DNA from: a virus
Virus record (IMG/VR): IMGVR_UViG_3300009694_000006
Location: 1 to 39,460 of that record
Strand: one strand, 5' to 3'
DNA: 39,460 nt
The position numbers and the translations under genes are program-made. Each line of letters begins with the position of its first letter. The stretch's first letter is position 1. This document shows positions 16,777-24,161 of the stretch, one piece after another. The notes under the pieces are model-generated. The model did not search any database. It saw nothing but the letters and a program-made list of their open reading frames with translations, and was not told where the DNA came from.

Positions 16777-16833
16777 ACTTGTGTCCTTCTACCTTAGCAG
16801 TTTACTCACAAGTTTTCTGCTAAGGTGAAAGGA
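16777..16833 (+). promoter_or_regulatory. Pseudoknot-capable leader element 10 nt upstream of the 16844 start codon.
   Basis: S1: ACTTGTG (16777-83) pairs with CACAAGT (16807-13). S2: CCTTAGCAG (16792-800) pairs with CTGCTAAGG (16817-25). An extension TCCTT pairs with AAGGA. The S1 3' strand lies in the S2 loop. Confidence 0.45.
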
Positions 16834-16843
16834 ACTTATTAAA

Positions 16844-17080
16844 ATGAAAACAATTAAATTAAGAACAGGAGATTTAGTTTATAAAAAATCTGATAAGAAA
16901 AAAGATATTGGGATAGTTGGTTATACTAAACATTGGTCTTTGATAGAAAATTCAGTTGATGTATATTTTAGAACGAACGCAGATGCTTTAGGATCTCCTT
17001 TGTTATGTGATATTAAAGATCTTGTTTTATTTAAGAAAAGAGAATTGGTCGAAAATTATTGGAAATATATTATTCGATAA
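16844..17080 (+). CDS. Hypothetical protein (78 aa).
   Basis: ORF only. Confidence 0.45.
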   Translation: MKTIKLRTGDLVYKKSDKKKDIGIVGYTKHWSLIENSVDVYFRTNADALGSPLLCDIKDLVLFKKRELVENYWKYIIR

Positions 17081-17086
17081 TAATTT

Positions 17087-17488
17087 ATGGCTGAATATAC
17101 AAAAGAAGAAAAGCAAGAATACTTTAAGAATCTTCGTGAAGAATGGAAATTAAATAAACAACTTGCTGATGATGATACTAGTGCTAAAATGAGATTTGAT
17201 GCAATAATGCGTGAAGCAGAAGGTAAAGTAAGTTGGTATTCATTTTACTGGACATATAAACAAATGGAGAAGCTCGGATTAACTGGTAATCCATATGTTG
17301 ATTGTAAAACTTATGAAGGTTGGAAAAAGGCAGGATTTAAGGTTATAAAGGGCGAGAAATCAAAGATAAATGGTATAACCTGGTTATCATTCTCAGGAAG
17401 AAATCCTAAAACATCAAAAAAGGAAGATGTTGTATATCCTAAACTTTATCATTTATTTCACAGTTCACAAGTTGAACCTATAAAATAA
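17087..17488 (+). CDS. ArdC N-terminal-like (ssDNA-binding, antirestriction-family) protein.
   Basis: YWTYKQMEKLG...YEGWKKAGFKVIKGEKSKINGITWL resembles the ArdC_N pattern W.T..Qa..lG..V.KGEK. Confidence 0.4.
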   Translation: MAEYTKEEKQEYFKNLREEWKLNKQLADDDTSAKMRFDAIMREAEGKVSWYSFYWTYKQMEKLGLTGNPYVDCKTYEGWKKAGFKVIKGEKSKINGITWLSFSGRNPKTSKKEDVVYPKLYHLFHSSQVEPIK

Positions 17489-17724
17489 TGGCTAAACAAA
17501 AAATATCCGAAAAATTATCATATATACAGAAATATCATTTTGATAAATGGTTACAAACTAGACAACGAGTTGCACAAGAAGAGAGTGATAGAAATGCAAT
17601 ATTCTGTGTATGTGGCAAATTGGCAACAGGATTACATGAGTTAAATTGTAGAAAATTTAACGATAGAATAACTAAAATTACTGTTGAAAGAATTGAGAAA
17701 GAATTATCATTAATTTATAAATAA
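17488..17724 (+). CDS. Hypothetical protein (78 aa), possible zinc ribbon.
   Basis: FCVCGK...ELNCRKF. ATGA-type overlap with the upstream gene. Confidence 0.4.
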   Translation: MAKQKISEKLSYIQKYHFDKWLQTRQRVAQEESDRNAIFCVCGKLATGLHELNCRKFNDRITKITVERIEKELSLIYK

Positions 17725-17727
17725 TTT

Positions 17728-18120
17728 ATGAATCAACAAGAAAGAATAGATAGTTTTATAGCAGACTATCAAAAATTAAGAGGAAATGAAGTTGTAGTTA
17801 CAAACGAAACAAAAATAAAAGGCACTTCAATTGATAGAATTTGTCAAATTGACAGTGCAAAACCTTATCGTCGAATGAGACAATGGTTAACAAATGCTCT
17901 TAAGAAAAAAGAAATTGAAGAAGCACAAAATAGTTCACCAAAATTATTCGATAAACCAGTTAAAGAAAAGAAGGTTCGAAAAGCAAAGAAAAATTCAGTA
18001 GAAATTCAAGGAATTGAAATACCTGAATTATTACTAAGTGATATCTTAACCAACTTTAAAATCGGAAAGTTGTCGTTACAAGATACAGTATTTATCATTA
18101 AGCAACACTACAAGAAATAA
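17728..18120 (+). CDS. Hypothetical protein (130 aa).
   Basis: ORF only. Confidence 0.45.
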   Translation: MNQQERIDSFIADYQKLRGNEVVVTNETKIKGTSIDRICQIDSAKPYRRMRQWLTNALKKKEIEEAQNSSPKLFDKPVKEKKVRKAKKNSVEIQGIEIPELLLSDILTNFKIGKLSLQDTVFIIKQHYKK

Positions 18121-18121
18121 T

Positions 18122-18256
18122 ATGAGAAAAGAAGTATTGGCAGAATTTAGAAAAAAGCATTTTTGGAGAGGGTTCTATGTTTGCTTGTTTTTTATAACAT
18201 TACCAATCGTAGCCTTCTTCATGATAGTCGTTAATTTATTAGTTAAAAACATATAA
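18122..18256 (+). CDS. Small membrane protein (44 aa), not in the supplied track.
   Basis: Translates MRKEVLAEFRKKHFWRGFYVCLFFITLPIVAFFMIVVNLLVKNI. Fills the gap exactly. Confidence 0.45.
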   Translation: MRKEVLAEFRKKHFWRGFYVCLFFITLPIVAFFMIVVNLLVKNI

Positions 18257-18261
18257 TTTTT

Positions 18262-18534
18262 ATGGCAAAAGTAGTAAAAAAAGAAGTTAAAAAAATAGTT
18301 TGGGATAGTAAGTTAGATAAAGAAATAATTAAATTTAAAAAAGATGCACTTACAAATAAGAATGTTTCAATTTGTATGGTAACAACAAATAAGAAAAACC
18401 AAACAGAAACTCTTATTCTTAATCACGGTGGAAATAATAAGATATTTATTCTAGCATTTCTTGAAGGAATTAAAAGAACTAATCCAGGAATACTTAAGAG
18501 TTTAGCATTAGATATGTTAACTATGTTAAAGTAA
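18262..18534 (+). CDS. Hypothetical protein (90 aa).
   Basis: ORF only. Confidence 0.45.
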   Translation: MAKVVKKEVKKIVWDSKLDKEIIKFKKDALTNKNVSICMVTTNKKNQTETLILNHGGNNKIFILAFLEGIKRTNPGILKSLALDMLTMLK

Positions 18535-18535
18535 T

Positions 18536-18865
18536 ATGAATATAGAAGAATCACAAAAATGTTCAGATTGTAATGGAATTGGAGAAGTTTCTACAATGGA
18601 AAGTGTATATCCTGGCACTCCTGATTCTCATATACAGGCACCTGTTGGTTCAGAAACCTGCAATAACTGTAACGGAACAGGATTAGAAGAAGATAACGAA
18701 TTAGTTAAAAGTAGAATAGTCGACAATTTAACTCAAGAACAAGAAACTAAACTTAAAGAAGAACATTCTAAAAGCTATACAGGCACAGATGATGATATGC
18801 CTAATAAGTTTGAAGAATGGTTAGTTGAATTAAGTTTAGATGAATTGTTAAAGATTTTGTTATGA
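18536..18865 (+). CDS. Protein with DnaJ-type CxxCxGxG zinc-finger repeats.
   Basis: CSDCNGIG and CNNCNGTG. Confidence 0.5.
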   Translation: MNIEESQKCSDCNGIGEVSTMESVYPGTPDSHIQAPVGSETCNNCNGTGLEEDNELVKSRIVDNLTQEQETKLKEEHSKSYTGTDDDMPNKFEEWLVELSLDELLKILL

Positions 18866-19275
18866 AGACAAAAAAAGTATCAAAAGAACAATTAAAAGGA
18901 ATAGTTTCAAATATAATGGAATTTGAAACAGATGAATTGCTTGAAAAAGCAGTTAATAGTTTATTTGAAGGATATTCAGTTATTGTTGATGCAGTTTGTT
19001 ACATTGGAAATGGGAGATATGTAGATAAAAAATCAAAGAAAAGGTATAAATATAAAATGATAGTTCCAATACTTGATAATTATAATAATCTTTATTCAAC
19101 TGATTTATATCAAGAAAATTCATCAAATGCAATAATGGCTAAATATGCAATTTATCGTGCAACAAGACAAAAAGTAGTTGATGTCGTTGCAGGAATTAAA
19201 ACAGATTATTCATTAAATAGATTTGATTTTGGTTATAAAAATGGTGAATATGGAATTTTTAAAATGATAAGATGA
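18862..19275 (+). CDS. Hypothetical protein (137 aa).
   Basis: ORF only. Confidence 0.45.
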   Translation: MKTKKVSKEQLKGIVSNIMEFETDELLEKAVNSLFEGYSVIVDAVCYIGNGRYVDKKSKKRYKYKMIVPILDNYNNLYSTDLYQENSSNAIMAKYAIYRATRQKVVDVVAGIKTDYSLNRFDFGYKNGEYGIFKMIR

Positions 19276-19349
19276 CTTTATTAAACTTTATAATTGAAGG
19301 ATATCAACAAGGAAAGATAAAAATTATCTCGAAGGAAGTTCATAAGTAA
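19272..19349 (+). pseudogene. Truncated, frameshifted paralog of gene 19742-19945.
   Basis: MTLLNFIIEGYQQGKIKIISKEV compares with MMLLNCIINDYKENKLKIISKNV. Nucleotide similarity (AAGTAAAAGA...) continues past the stop in another frame. Confidence 0.5.
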
Positions 19350-19430
19350 AAGAAAATGAGAAATTTATAAAAGATAAAGTTACTGAATCAATAAAACAAA
19401 AGTTTAATTTAGAAGAATAATCTCCCTCTC

Positions 19431-19560
19431 CCCCTATCTAATGAGTTAGTGTGTTGATAAGCCCGTCAGTTCAAGTGTGGTTCGCCACCTGTTCCTACTA
19501 GCTAGCATAGAATGGACAACTTGAACGGGGTTACCAGCACATTAACCATTATTTATAGGG
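19431..19560 (+). ncRNA. GC-rich structured RNA of about 130 nt, class unknown.
   Basis: Closing stem CCCTAT/ATAGGG. A near-continuous rod (19439-19476 with 19519-19551) ends in a three-way junction. One arm is a GTGG-TTCG-CCAC tetraloop hairpin (19477-19488) and the other a second hairpin (19490-19518). Local GC is far above the genome background. Confidence 0.6.
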
Positions 19561-19577
19561 ATGATGAATAAAAATGT

Positions 19578-19745
19578 ATGAAGTTAACACAATTACAGGT
19601 AAGAACTATTTTAAAAGTTCATAAAGATCAAAGAATAGGACAATTTCTATATAATGTTTTCTTTGGATTAGATATATTTAACTTAAGTGACAAAGAGTTT
19701 ATCAAAAAATTAGAAGATTATCAACATATAAATAAAAAACAATGA
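19578..19745 (+). CDS. Small ORF (55 aa), not in the supplied track.
   Basis: Translates MKLTQLQVRTILKVHKDQRIGQFLYNVFFGLDIFNLSDKEFIKKLEDYQHINKKQ. Its stop overlaps the ATG of the next gene (ATGATG). Confidence 0.45.
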   Translation: MKLTQLQVRTILKVHKDQRIGQFLYNVFFGLDIFNLSDKEFIKKLEDYQHINKKQ

Positions 19746-19945
19746 TGTTACTTAACTGTATAATTAATGACTATAAAGAAAATAAACTTAAAATTATAAG
19801 TAAAAATGTTTTCTGTCGTAAAAGTAAAAGATGTAGAGAAGTTATTAAAAAATTATATTTTTTACAATACGATAATGGAGATATTCGAAGAATCGGAAGA
19901 AAAGAACGAGAAATATTACAATCTATCAATAAAATAACCTCATAA
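19742..19945 (+). CDS. Hypothetical basic protein (67 aa).
   Basis: ORF. Intact paralog of 19272-19349. Confidence 0.45.
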   Translation: MMLLNCIINDYKENKLKIISKNVFCRKSKRCREVIKKLYFLQYDNGDIRRIGRKEREILQSINKITS

Positions 19946-19960
19946 GCGAGGTTATTTTTT
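19931..19960. terminator. Bidirectional intrinsic terminator between convergent genes.
   Basis: AAAATAACCTC, loop ATAAGC, GAGGTTATTTT. A-run and T-run flank the stem. Confidence 0.75.
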
Positions 19961-20189
19961 AGTTTAGAAACTTGTAAAGCCTTTTAATTTTTGGATTTAC
20001 ATTCTCATAGTGTTTCATTTTAGATATTCTCAGAATTAACATGATTATATCATAGAAGTCTTTATCAAAGAAAATAGAATGAATCATTTTTTCTTTTTGT
20101 TCGTCTATGTATAATAAATTTTCTGGGATAGATTTTCCACCATTACATCTATTCTTAATGTGATGATAAACATTTTTTTTCTTTTTCAT
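19959..20189 (-). CDS. Small HNH endonuclease (76 aa). The only convincing minus-strand gene.
   Basis: YHHIKNRCNGGKSIPENLLYIDEQKEKMIHSIF matches HH...GG...N...H. Confidence 0.6.
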   Translation of the reverse strand: MKKKKNVYHHIKNRCNGGKSIPENLLYIDEQKEKMIHSIFFDKDFYDIIMLILRISKMKHYENVNPKIKRLYKFLN

Positions 20190-20227
20190 AGCTCAAAGAT
20201 CTATTTGTTTTATCAATTATAGCATAT

Positions 20228-20256
20228 TTGATTTTTTATCAAAAATATCTTATAAT
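20228..20256 (+). promoter_or_regulatory. Late promoter family member 1: -35 TTGATT, 17-nt spacer, -10 TATAAT.
   Basis: Shares the 20-nt block AAAAATATCTTATAATAT(G/A)TATAT with 25510-25533. Confidence 0.55.
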
Positions 20257-20282
20257 ATGTATATACTATTTTAAATAAAAAC

Positions 20283-22022
20283 ATGAACATAATAAAAATA
20301 ATTGAACAAGAATTAACTGATTACGAAAGTAAATCAGTTGAAATCTCAGAATCAGTTCATCGTTCAGCATATAAAAGAATTAAAAGAATAGCATTTTTTG
20401 AAAATCAAGGAGGAGAAGATTCAAAGATAGATGAGCTAGGTCAATATCAATACTGGTTAAATCCAATTAAAATTTATATAGATTCAACAGTTAAAAGTCT
20501 TCGTATCGATACAAAAAACTTTCTAGTATTTTCAACAGCTCCTGTTGAAGATTTCCCTGCTGTATTTACTACTAATTGTGCTCTTAAAGACTACTTGTTT
20601 GATAGTAACAGAGATTCACAACTTAAAGAAGATATAGAATACTATGTAGGTTGGGGAAATAATTTATGGCGAAAACTTGAAAGTGGATACGAACTTTGTG
20701 ATTTATCGAATACATTTGTTATCAATCAATCAGCAAGAACAGTTAATGACACAGTAATTATTGAAAGACATCAATTAACTCAATCTCAGCTTAGAGAAAA
20801 AGAAGGAATATTTCAAAATATTGATAAAGTAATTAAAGAATGTGGGAATAAAACATTTAGTTCAACTCGTAAAACAACTACAGAAACAACATCTAATCCA
20901 ATGTATGAAATATACGTAAGAATGGGAGAAGTATCAGAAAAAGATTTATTTGAAGCACAAGGTAAAGAAGGAGGAGATAAAGATAAATTTCTACTTGCTA
21001 GAATAGTTACAGCAGGTCTTCAAAAATCAGGTAAAGACGATAGTAAGTTTATCTTATTTGCTGAACCTTTTGGTAAAAAGAAAATGTCAGACTTTTATAA
21101 AGAAGCACATCTTGGCAATTATCACGGAACTTGGCTACGAGAAGGTATATATGAAACATTTTTTGATTACATAATTGCTATTAGAGAAATAGATAATTCT
21201 ATTCAAGAGGGTTTAAATTGGGCTTCTAAAGTAATTTTTGCTTCATCTGATAATAAAACATTTCAAAATATAAGAACAGATATTGAAAATGGTCGAATGA
21301 TTAATTCAAAAGACTTACGTCAAGTAGATGTAAGACTTCAAAACTTAGATCAACTTATTTCTCGTCGTAATAATCTTATTGAAGAAATGGATAAAGTTGC
21401 TCATTCATTTGAAGTTATTCAAGGAGATACACCACCTTCTGGAGTTCCTCTAGGAACAACAATGGCAATGAATGAAAATGCTAATAAATATTTCATTGAA
21501 ATAAGACAAAAGTTAACTATAGCATATAAACATATCTACAAAGAATGGGAGTTACCAAGGATAGTTAAAGATTTAAAATCTCAAGATATCATTAGAGTAA
21601 CAGGAGATGTTTCAATAATTGATTCATTTAGAAAGTTAGCAGTAGATTTCTGGTATAATCAAAACTTAGTTAAAATTGGACCTCACACCCCTGAAATGAG
21701 AGAGCAATTAAAAATAGAAAAGTTAGCTGAATTAACTCAATATGAACCATTAATAGAAAATATGCCAGAAATATGGGATAATGTATTGAAACGATTATAT
21801 ATTACTATTACAGGTGAAAATATGGATCTCACAGAAAATCTTACAACAATTTCTAATTTACTACAGTATGAGACTGATTCATTTCGTCGAGCATATTTAT
21901 TAGATAGAATTTACGCTATTAAGAACATTCCAATTCCACCAGCACCAAAGCCAACAGTTCAACCAACAGCACCAACAGCACCAATAGCACCACAGACACT
22001 TACTCCAATAGCACAAACATAA
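20283..22022 (+). CDS. Putative portal protein (579 aa).
   Basis: Size, first gene of the late operon, Pro-rich C-terminal tail PIPPAPKPTVQPTAPTAPIAPQ. No specific motif recognised. Confidence 0.45.
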   Translation: MNIIKIIEQELTDYESKSVEISESVHRSAYKRIKRIAFFENQGGEDSKIDELGQYQYWLNPIKIYIDSTVKSLRIDTKNFLVFSTAPVEDFPAVFTTNCALKDYLFDSNRDSQLKEDIEYYVGWGNNLWRKLESGYELCDLSNTFVINQSARTVNDTVIIERHQLTQSQLREKEGIFQNIDKVIKECGNKTFSSTRKTTTETTSNPMYEIYVRMGEVSEKDLFEAQGKEGGDKDKFLLARIVTAGLQKSGKDDSKFILFAEPFGKKKMSDFYKEAHLGNYHGTWLREGIYETFFDYIIAIREIDNSIQEGLNWASKVIFASSDNKTFQNIRTDIENGRMINSKDLRQVDVRLQNLDQLISRRNNLIEEMDKVAHSFEVIQGDTPPSGVPLGTTMAMNENANKYFIEIRQKLTIAYKHIYKEWELPRIVKDLKSQDIIRVTGDVSIIDSFRKLAVDFWYNQNLVKIGPHTPEMREQLKIEKLAELTQYEPLIENMPEIWDNVLKRLYITITGENMDLTENLTTISNLLQYETDSFRRAYLLDRIYAIKNIPIPPAPKPTVQPTAPTAPIAPQTLTPIAQT

Positions 22023-22231
22023 TGAGAATAGATGAAAAAAAAAGAGAAGACTTAGAACAAAAAGTATTAGAATCAGAAAATAATATTGCGATGGATAGTA
22101 ATTTACAAAGTAGAAAGGAAATGGCAGATATGTTTGAAAGAATGGTTAGTCCAGAATATCAAGAAGAAAGAAGAATTCACAACAATAGAAAGAAATTTAT
22201 TAAAAACATTATAAACAAAGTCGGTTTATAA
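22022..22231 (+). CDS. Hypothetical protein (69 aa).
   Basis: ORF only. Confidence 0.4.
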   Translation: MRIDEKKREDLEQKVLESENNIAMDSNLQSRKEMADMFERMVSPEYQEERRIHNNRKKFIKNIINKVGL

Positions 22232-22250
22232 ATTATAATTAGAAGAAAAT

Positions 22251-22730
22251 ATGTTAGTAAAACAAAAAAGAGAATATTTTATTAGTTTGTATCAGAAGTT
22301 AAGTTATTTTGGAGAATTAAAAGGTGCTCGTTTTTCGTTTATAATTGCAAGAAATAAAGAAATTATTTCAAAAGAATTAGATAAAGTTCGTAAAATGGCT
22401 GAAGTTCCAGAAACTTACAAAGAATATGATAAAGCTCGTGTAGCAGTTAATGAAAAATATTGTTTAAGAGATAATGATGGAAAACCTGTTATTAAAAATA
22501 ATGAATATCAAATATTAGTTGATAAACAAGAATTACTTGATAAAGAAATTGACGAGTTAAAAGAAACTTATAAAGAAGTTGTTGAAGAACATGAAAGTCA
22601 AAAGGTTGAAATCGACGATTTCTGTAAAGAAGAAATAGAATTAGACCTTATTGAAATTCCTTTGAAGTTTATTCCTGAAAGTATTACAGTAGATCAAATG
22701 GAAATATTATCCAAAATAGTTAAAGAATAA
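22251..22730 (+). CDS. Acidic coiled-coil protein (159 aa).
   Basis: Glu/Lys-rich helical sequence. Confidence 0.4.
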   Translation: MLVKQKREYFISLYQKLSYFGELKGARFSFIIARNKEIISKELDKVRKMAEVPETYKEYDKARVAVNEKYCLRDNDGKPVIKNNEYQILVDKQELLDKEIDELKETYKEVVEEHESQKVEIDDFCKEEIELDLIEIPLKFIPESITVDQMEILSKIVKE

Positions 22731-22731
22731 C

Positions 22732-22974
22732 ATGAACATAAAAGAATTATATCAAAGTCCATCAGGTAAAGCTATTAGAACACTTTTAGAATCTACTATT
22801 AATTCGATTAATATAGTAACAGATATAGATAAAAATTTACCTCCTGATATGATTGCTATTGAAGTCTTAGCTAGAATTAAAGCAATTGAAATGATGAATA
22901 ATATATTACAATTAACACAACCAGAAGACAAATCTGAATTACATCCAAATGGAAACAAAAAATATGGTCTCTAA
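22732..22974 (+). CDS. Hypothetical protein (80 aa).
   Basis: ORF only. Confidence 0.4.
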   Translation: MNIKELYQSPSGKAIRTLLESTINSINIVTDIDKNLPPDMIAIEVLARIKAIEMMNNILQLTQPEDKSELHPNGNKKYGL

Positions 22975-23197
22975 AAAAGAAAAAACAATTAAAGATCTTA
23001 TTCCAGAAATAAAAATAGATAAAGAATTAAAGGAAATGAAAGAAGACAAATTTGCACTTCAAAGAATGGCAGAGAAACTTCGAGAAGTGTGTGGCGATAA
23101 ATATGTCTTTCTACTATTTGATGCAAATCATGCTCCTAAAATTGGAGACACATTAACAATTAATAATCTAAGTGCTACATTTCGAAAAAGAAAATGA
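22949..23197 (+). CDS. Hypothetical protein (82 aa).
   Basis: ORF only. Confidence 0.4.
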   Translation: METKNMVSKKEKTIKDLIPEIKIDKELKEMKEDKFALQRMAEKLREVCGDKYVFLLFDANHAPKIGDTLTINNLSATFRKRK

Positions 23198-23550
23198 AAA
23201 AAATATACACAACATTAAGAATTGGTAATCAAGGAAGAAAGTATGTAGGAGTTAACATTGGTAATTATCAATTAGAAATTCCAGGTAGACAAATAACAGG
23301 AACGAAAACTAAATCAGTTTCAGTTCCTGGTTACTCAAGGGCAAAAACAGTTAGTTATAATCCAGCCAATTATGCTAAGACACGAATGGCAGGAACAGTA
23401 TATGGTAATCAAGACCAATCAATCAAAAAAACAAAAACAATAGTTAGACAAACACCAAGTAAAATGGTTATCAAAACTACTAAGTATGGACCAGCTAACT
23501 ATTATGGAAGACAGTCGAAAATGATTACTAAAAAAGTAATAAAGAGATGA
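23194..23550 (+). CDS. Highly basic Lys/Thr/Gly-rich protein (118 aa), possibly DNA-binding or virion-internal.
   Basis: Strongly basic composition. PANY repeats (NPANYAKTR, GPANYYGRQ). Confidence 0.4.
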   Translation: MKKIYTTLRIGNQGRKYVGVNIGNYQLEIPGRQITGTKTKSVSVPGYSRAKTVSYNPANYAKTRMAGTVYGNQDQSIKKTKTIVRQTPSKMVIKTTKYGPANYYGRQSKMITKKVIKR

Positions 23551-23623
23551 TTATTGGATTAATAGTACTATTTGGATATGTTGCTTTCATTATTAGTGGA
23601 ACAATTTATTTTACAATTAAGTT

Positions 23624-24049
23624 ATGGCAATAAGAGGAAGACCAACAAAATACAATTTTAAAAAACTAGATAAACTCGTAGATGAATATTTAGCTACTTG
23701 TATTGATGAATACAAAACAGACAAGTTTCCTGATGGAACAGTTAAGACAAGATTAATTGTTAACCTTCCTACTTTTGAAGGATTCATGATATTTACAGAC
23801 ATTGCATCTACAACATTTTATGAATGGAAAGAGAAACATAAGGAATTTGCGGAGTCTTTGAATAGAATCTTATTTAGACAGAAACAAGAATTAATTAATA
23901 AAGGAACTTCTGGTGAATACAATAGCACTATTGGAAAGTTAATTCTATCAGCTAATCACGGAATGCGTGAAAAGTCTGATGTTACTTCAGACGATAAACC
24001 AATACAGTCGAATACTATAGTAGTTAAGCGAATGGATAAAGATGAATAG
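23624..24049 (+). CDS. terS: Terminase small subunit.
   Basis: N-terminal RGRPTKY, HTH-like PTFEGFMIFTDIASTTFYEWKEKHKEF, upstream of terL. Confidence 0.75.
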   Translation: MAIRGRPTKYNFKKLDKLVDEYLATCIDEYKTDKFPDGTVKTRLIVNLPTFEGFMIFTDIASTTFYEWKEKHKEFAESLNRILFRQKQELINKGTSGEYNSTIGKLILSANHGMREKSDVTSDDKPIQSNTIVVKRMDKDE

Positions 24050-24161
24050 ACTAAAAATATTCTTATTTCCTTTTTGTATTATTCTTTTCTTTCCGTTACT
24101 TGCTATACTTGGTAAAAATAAAACAGATAACTTTATTGATTGGGTTACGGAAGAATTATGA
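24042..24161 (+). CDS. Small membrane ORF (39 aa) between terS and terL, not in the supplied track.
   Basis: Translates MNRLKIFLFPFCIILFFPLLAILGKNKTDNFIDWVTEEL. Its TGA overlaps the terL ATG (ATGA). Confidence 0.35.
   Translation: MNRLKIFLFPFCIILFFPLLAILGKNKTDNFIDWVTEEL

Noticed and set aside
19477-19488. GTGGTTCGCCAC considered as a tRNA T-arm, raising the possibility of a phage tRNA.
   Set aside because: The loop is a 4-nt UUCG tetraloop rather than a 7-nt T-loop. The surrounding pairing forms a long rod and not a cloverleaf. No anticodon arm or acceptor stem geometry was found here or elsewhere in the window.
22949-22974. 26-nt overlap of ORFs 22732-22974 and 22949-23197, containing AACAAAAAATAT, considered as a programmed frameshift site.
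   Set aside because: The downstream frame is +1 relative to the upstream frame, and no canonical X XXY YYZ heptamer lies in the zero frame. The downstream ORF has its own ATG, so two separate overlapping genes is the simpler reading.
24140-24157. TTG start for terL as given in the track (MGYGRIMKQ...).
   Set aside because: An in-frame ATG at 24158 overlaps the stop of the upstream small ORF (ATGA). It also precedes all conserved terminase motifs, so it is the more plausible start.
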